64,000 bases of DNA from Camelus dromedarius (lineage: Eukaryota), in the NCBI RefSeq assembly GCF_036321535.1, contig NC_087440.1, forward strand, positions 61,132,001-61,196,000, in the 5' to 3' direction. How positions within the stretch are numbered: position 1 is the first letter of the stretch; each line of letters opens with the position of its first letter. Below, piece after piece: positions 63,320 through 64,000 of this stretch. The notes under the pieces are model-generated. The model made no database searches, was not told the DNA's origin, and saw only the letters and a list, made by a program, of their open reading frames with translations. The position numbers were made by a program, and so were the translations under genes.

Positions 63320-63790
63320 ACCCAATCATCAGCTGGTACAGATTCAAGTTCCCCAGCCTCCCAGGGCCCAGCCCCGTCAGTCCCGAAAGGACACTTACTT
63401 ACTATTATTCCTGAAAACCCGCCGCCATGTTTCATAGCTGCAGCCAGCGGCAAACGGGGGCTGAAGTGAGCCCGGCCAGCCCACGGGTGAAGCCTTCGTT
63501 AAAGGTACGTTTGCTCTGTACCCCCAGTTGAATCATTCAGTGTCTAGACTTCGGTTTCTAAAACTATCAGACTGGCCGACGGGCCAGGCAAGCACAGCAC
63601 CTGCCGTTCTGAGACGGAGTCACCCCGGGGGCTTGCAAGGACCCGGATGGAGCGGCCCCGCCCCCAGACCCTCGGCTCCTGGGCCGCTGGGCGGGGCCTG
63701 GAACGTGCATTTCCAACCAGCTCCCAGCTTATGCCAGCGCTGCGCGTGGGGACACTCCTGTGCCAGCCGCTGCCCTAGCTGAGCCCTCAG
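63320..63790. promoter_or_regulatory. Intragenic CpG-rich patch with a CCAAT box and two Sp1 GC boxes
   Basis: About 27 CpG in about 430 nt, counted by eye. CCAATCA at 63322; GGCCCCGCCCCC at 63654-63665; GGGCGGGGCC at 63689-63698. Confidence 0.55.
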
Positions 63791-64000
63791 TCCTCTCCCA
63801 GCCTTCAAACTGTATTTTCCTAACTCAGTCCAGCAACTATTGTACATTATTCTATTACCAGAGAGCAAATTAAAAGCAAGAGAAACTTCACCTGTCTCAC
63901 TTTCACACAAATGGGATAGTTTCTCACATTTTCATTTTCTTTCCCCCACTGGATTGCCAATTCTTACTCACTTCGTACGGTTCATACAGCATCCTTAAAT

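Larger units (their letters stand above)
57392..64000 (+). other. RHOJ: RHOJ intron 2, partial
   Basis: Starts at the exon 2 donor. I found no sequence encoding the expected continuation (EDYNQLRPLSY-like) before the window end. Confidence 0.85.

Noticed and set aside
63049-63453. ORFs with poly-Lys or poly-Phe
   Set aside because: Translation of the A26 homopolymer.

Overview
Mammalian genomic DNA from a draft assembly with five N-gaps. It is probably camelid, because it carries three tRNA-Ala(AGC)-derived Vic-1-type SINEs. The window holds the 5' part of RHOJ (TCL, a Cdc42-subfamily Rho GTPase) on the + strand: promoter, coding exon 1 (2911-3088), a 54,244-nt intron 1, coding exon 2 (57333-57391) and the start of intron 2. 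Exon 3 was not found in the window. The rest is intronic sequence rich in LINE-1, L2, MIR, MaLR/ERVL/ERV1 LTRs, MER5 DNA transposons and simple repeats. I see no prokaryotic-type system, CRISPR array or second protein-coding gene. The best leads are regulatory or isoform-level: a candidate alternative first coding exon in intron 2 (Kozak ATG, 26 open codons, phase-0 donor, CpG-rich), an apparent Cys3->Gly change in the RHOJ N-terminus, two uORFs, near-consensus CTCF and RFX sites in intron 1, and a recursive-splice-like AG|GT motif. All are hypotheses from sequence alone. Repeat family names come from my recall of consensus sequences, not from a search.
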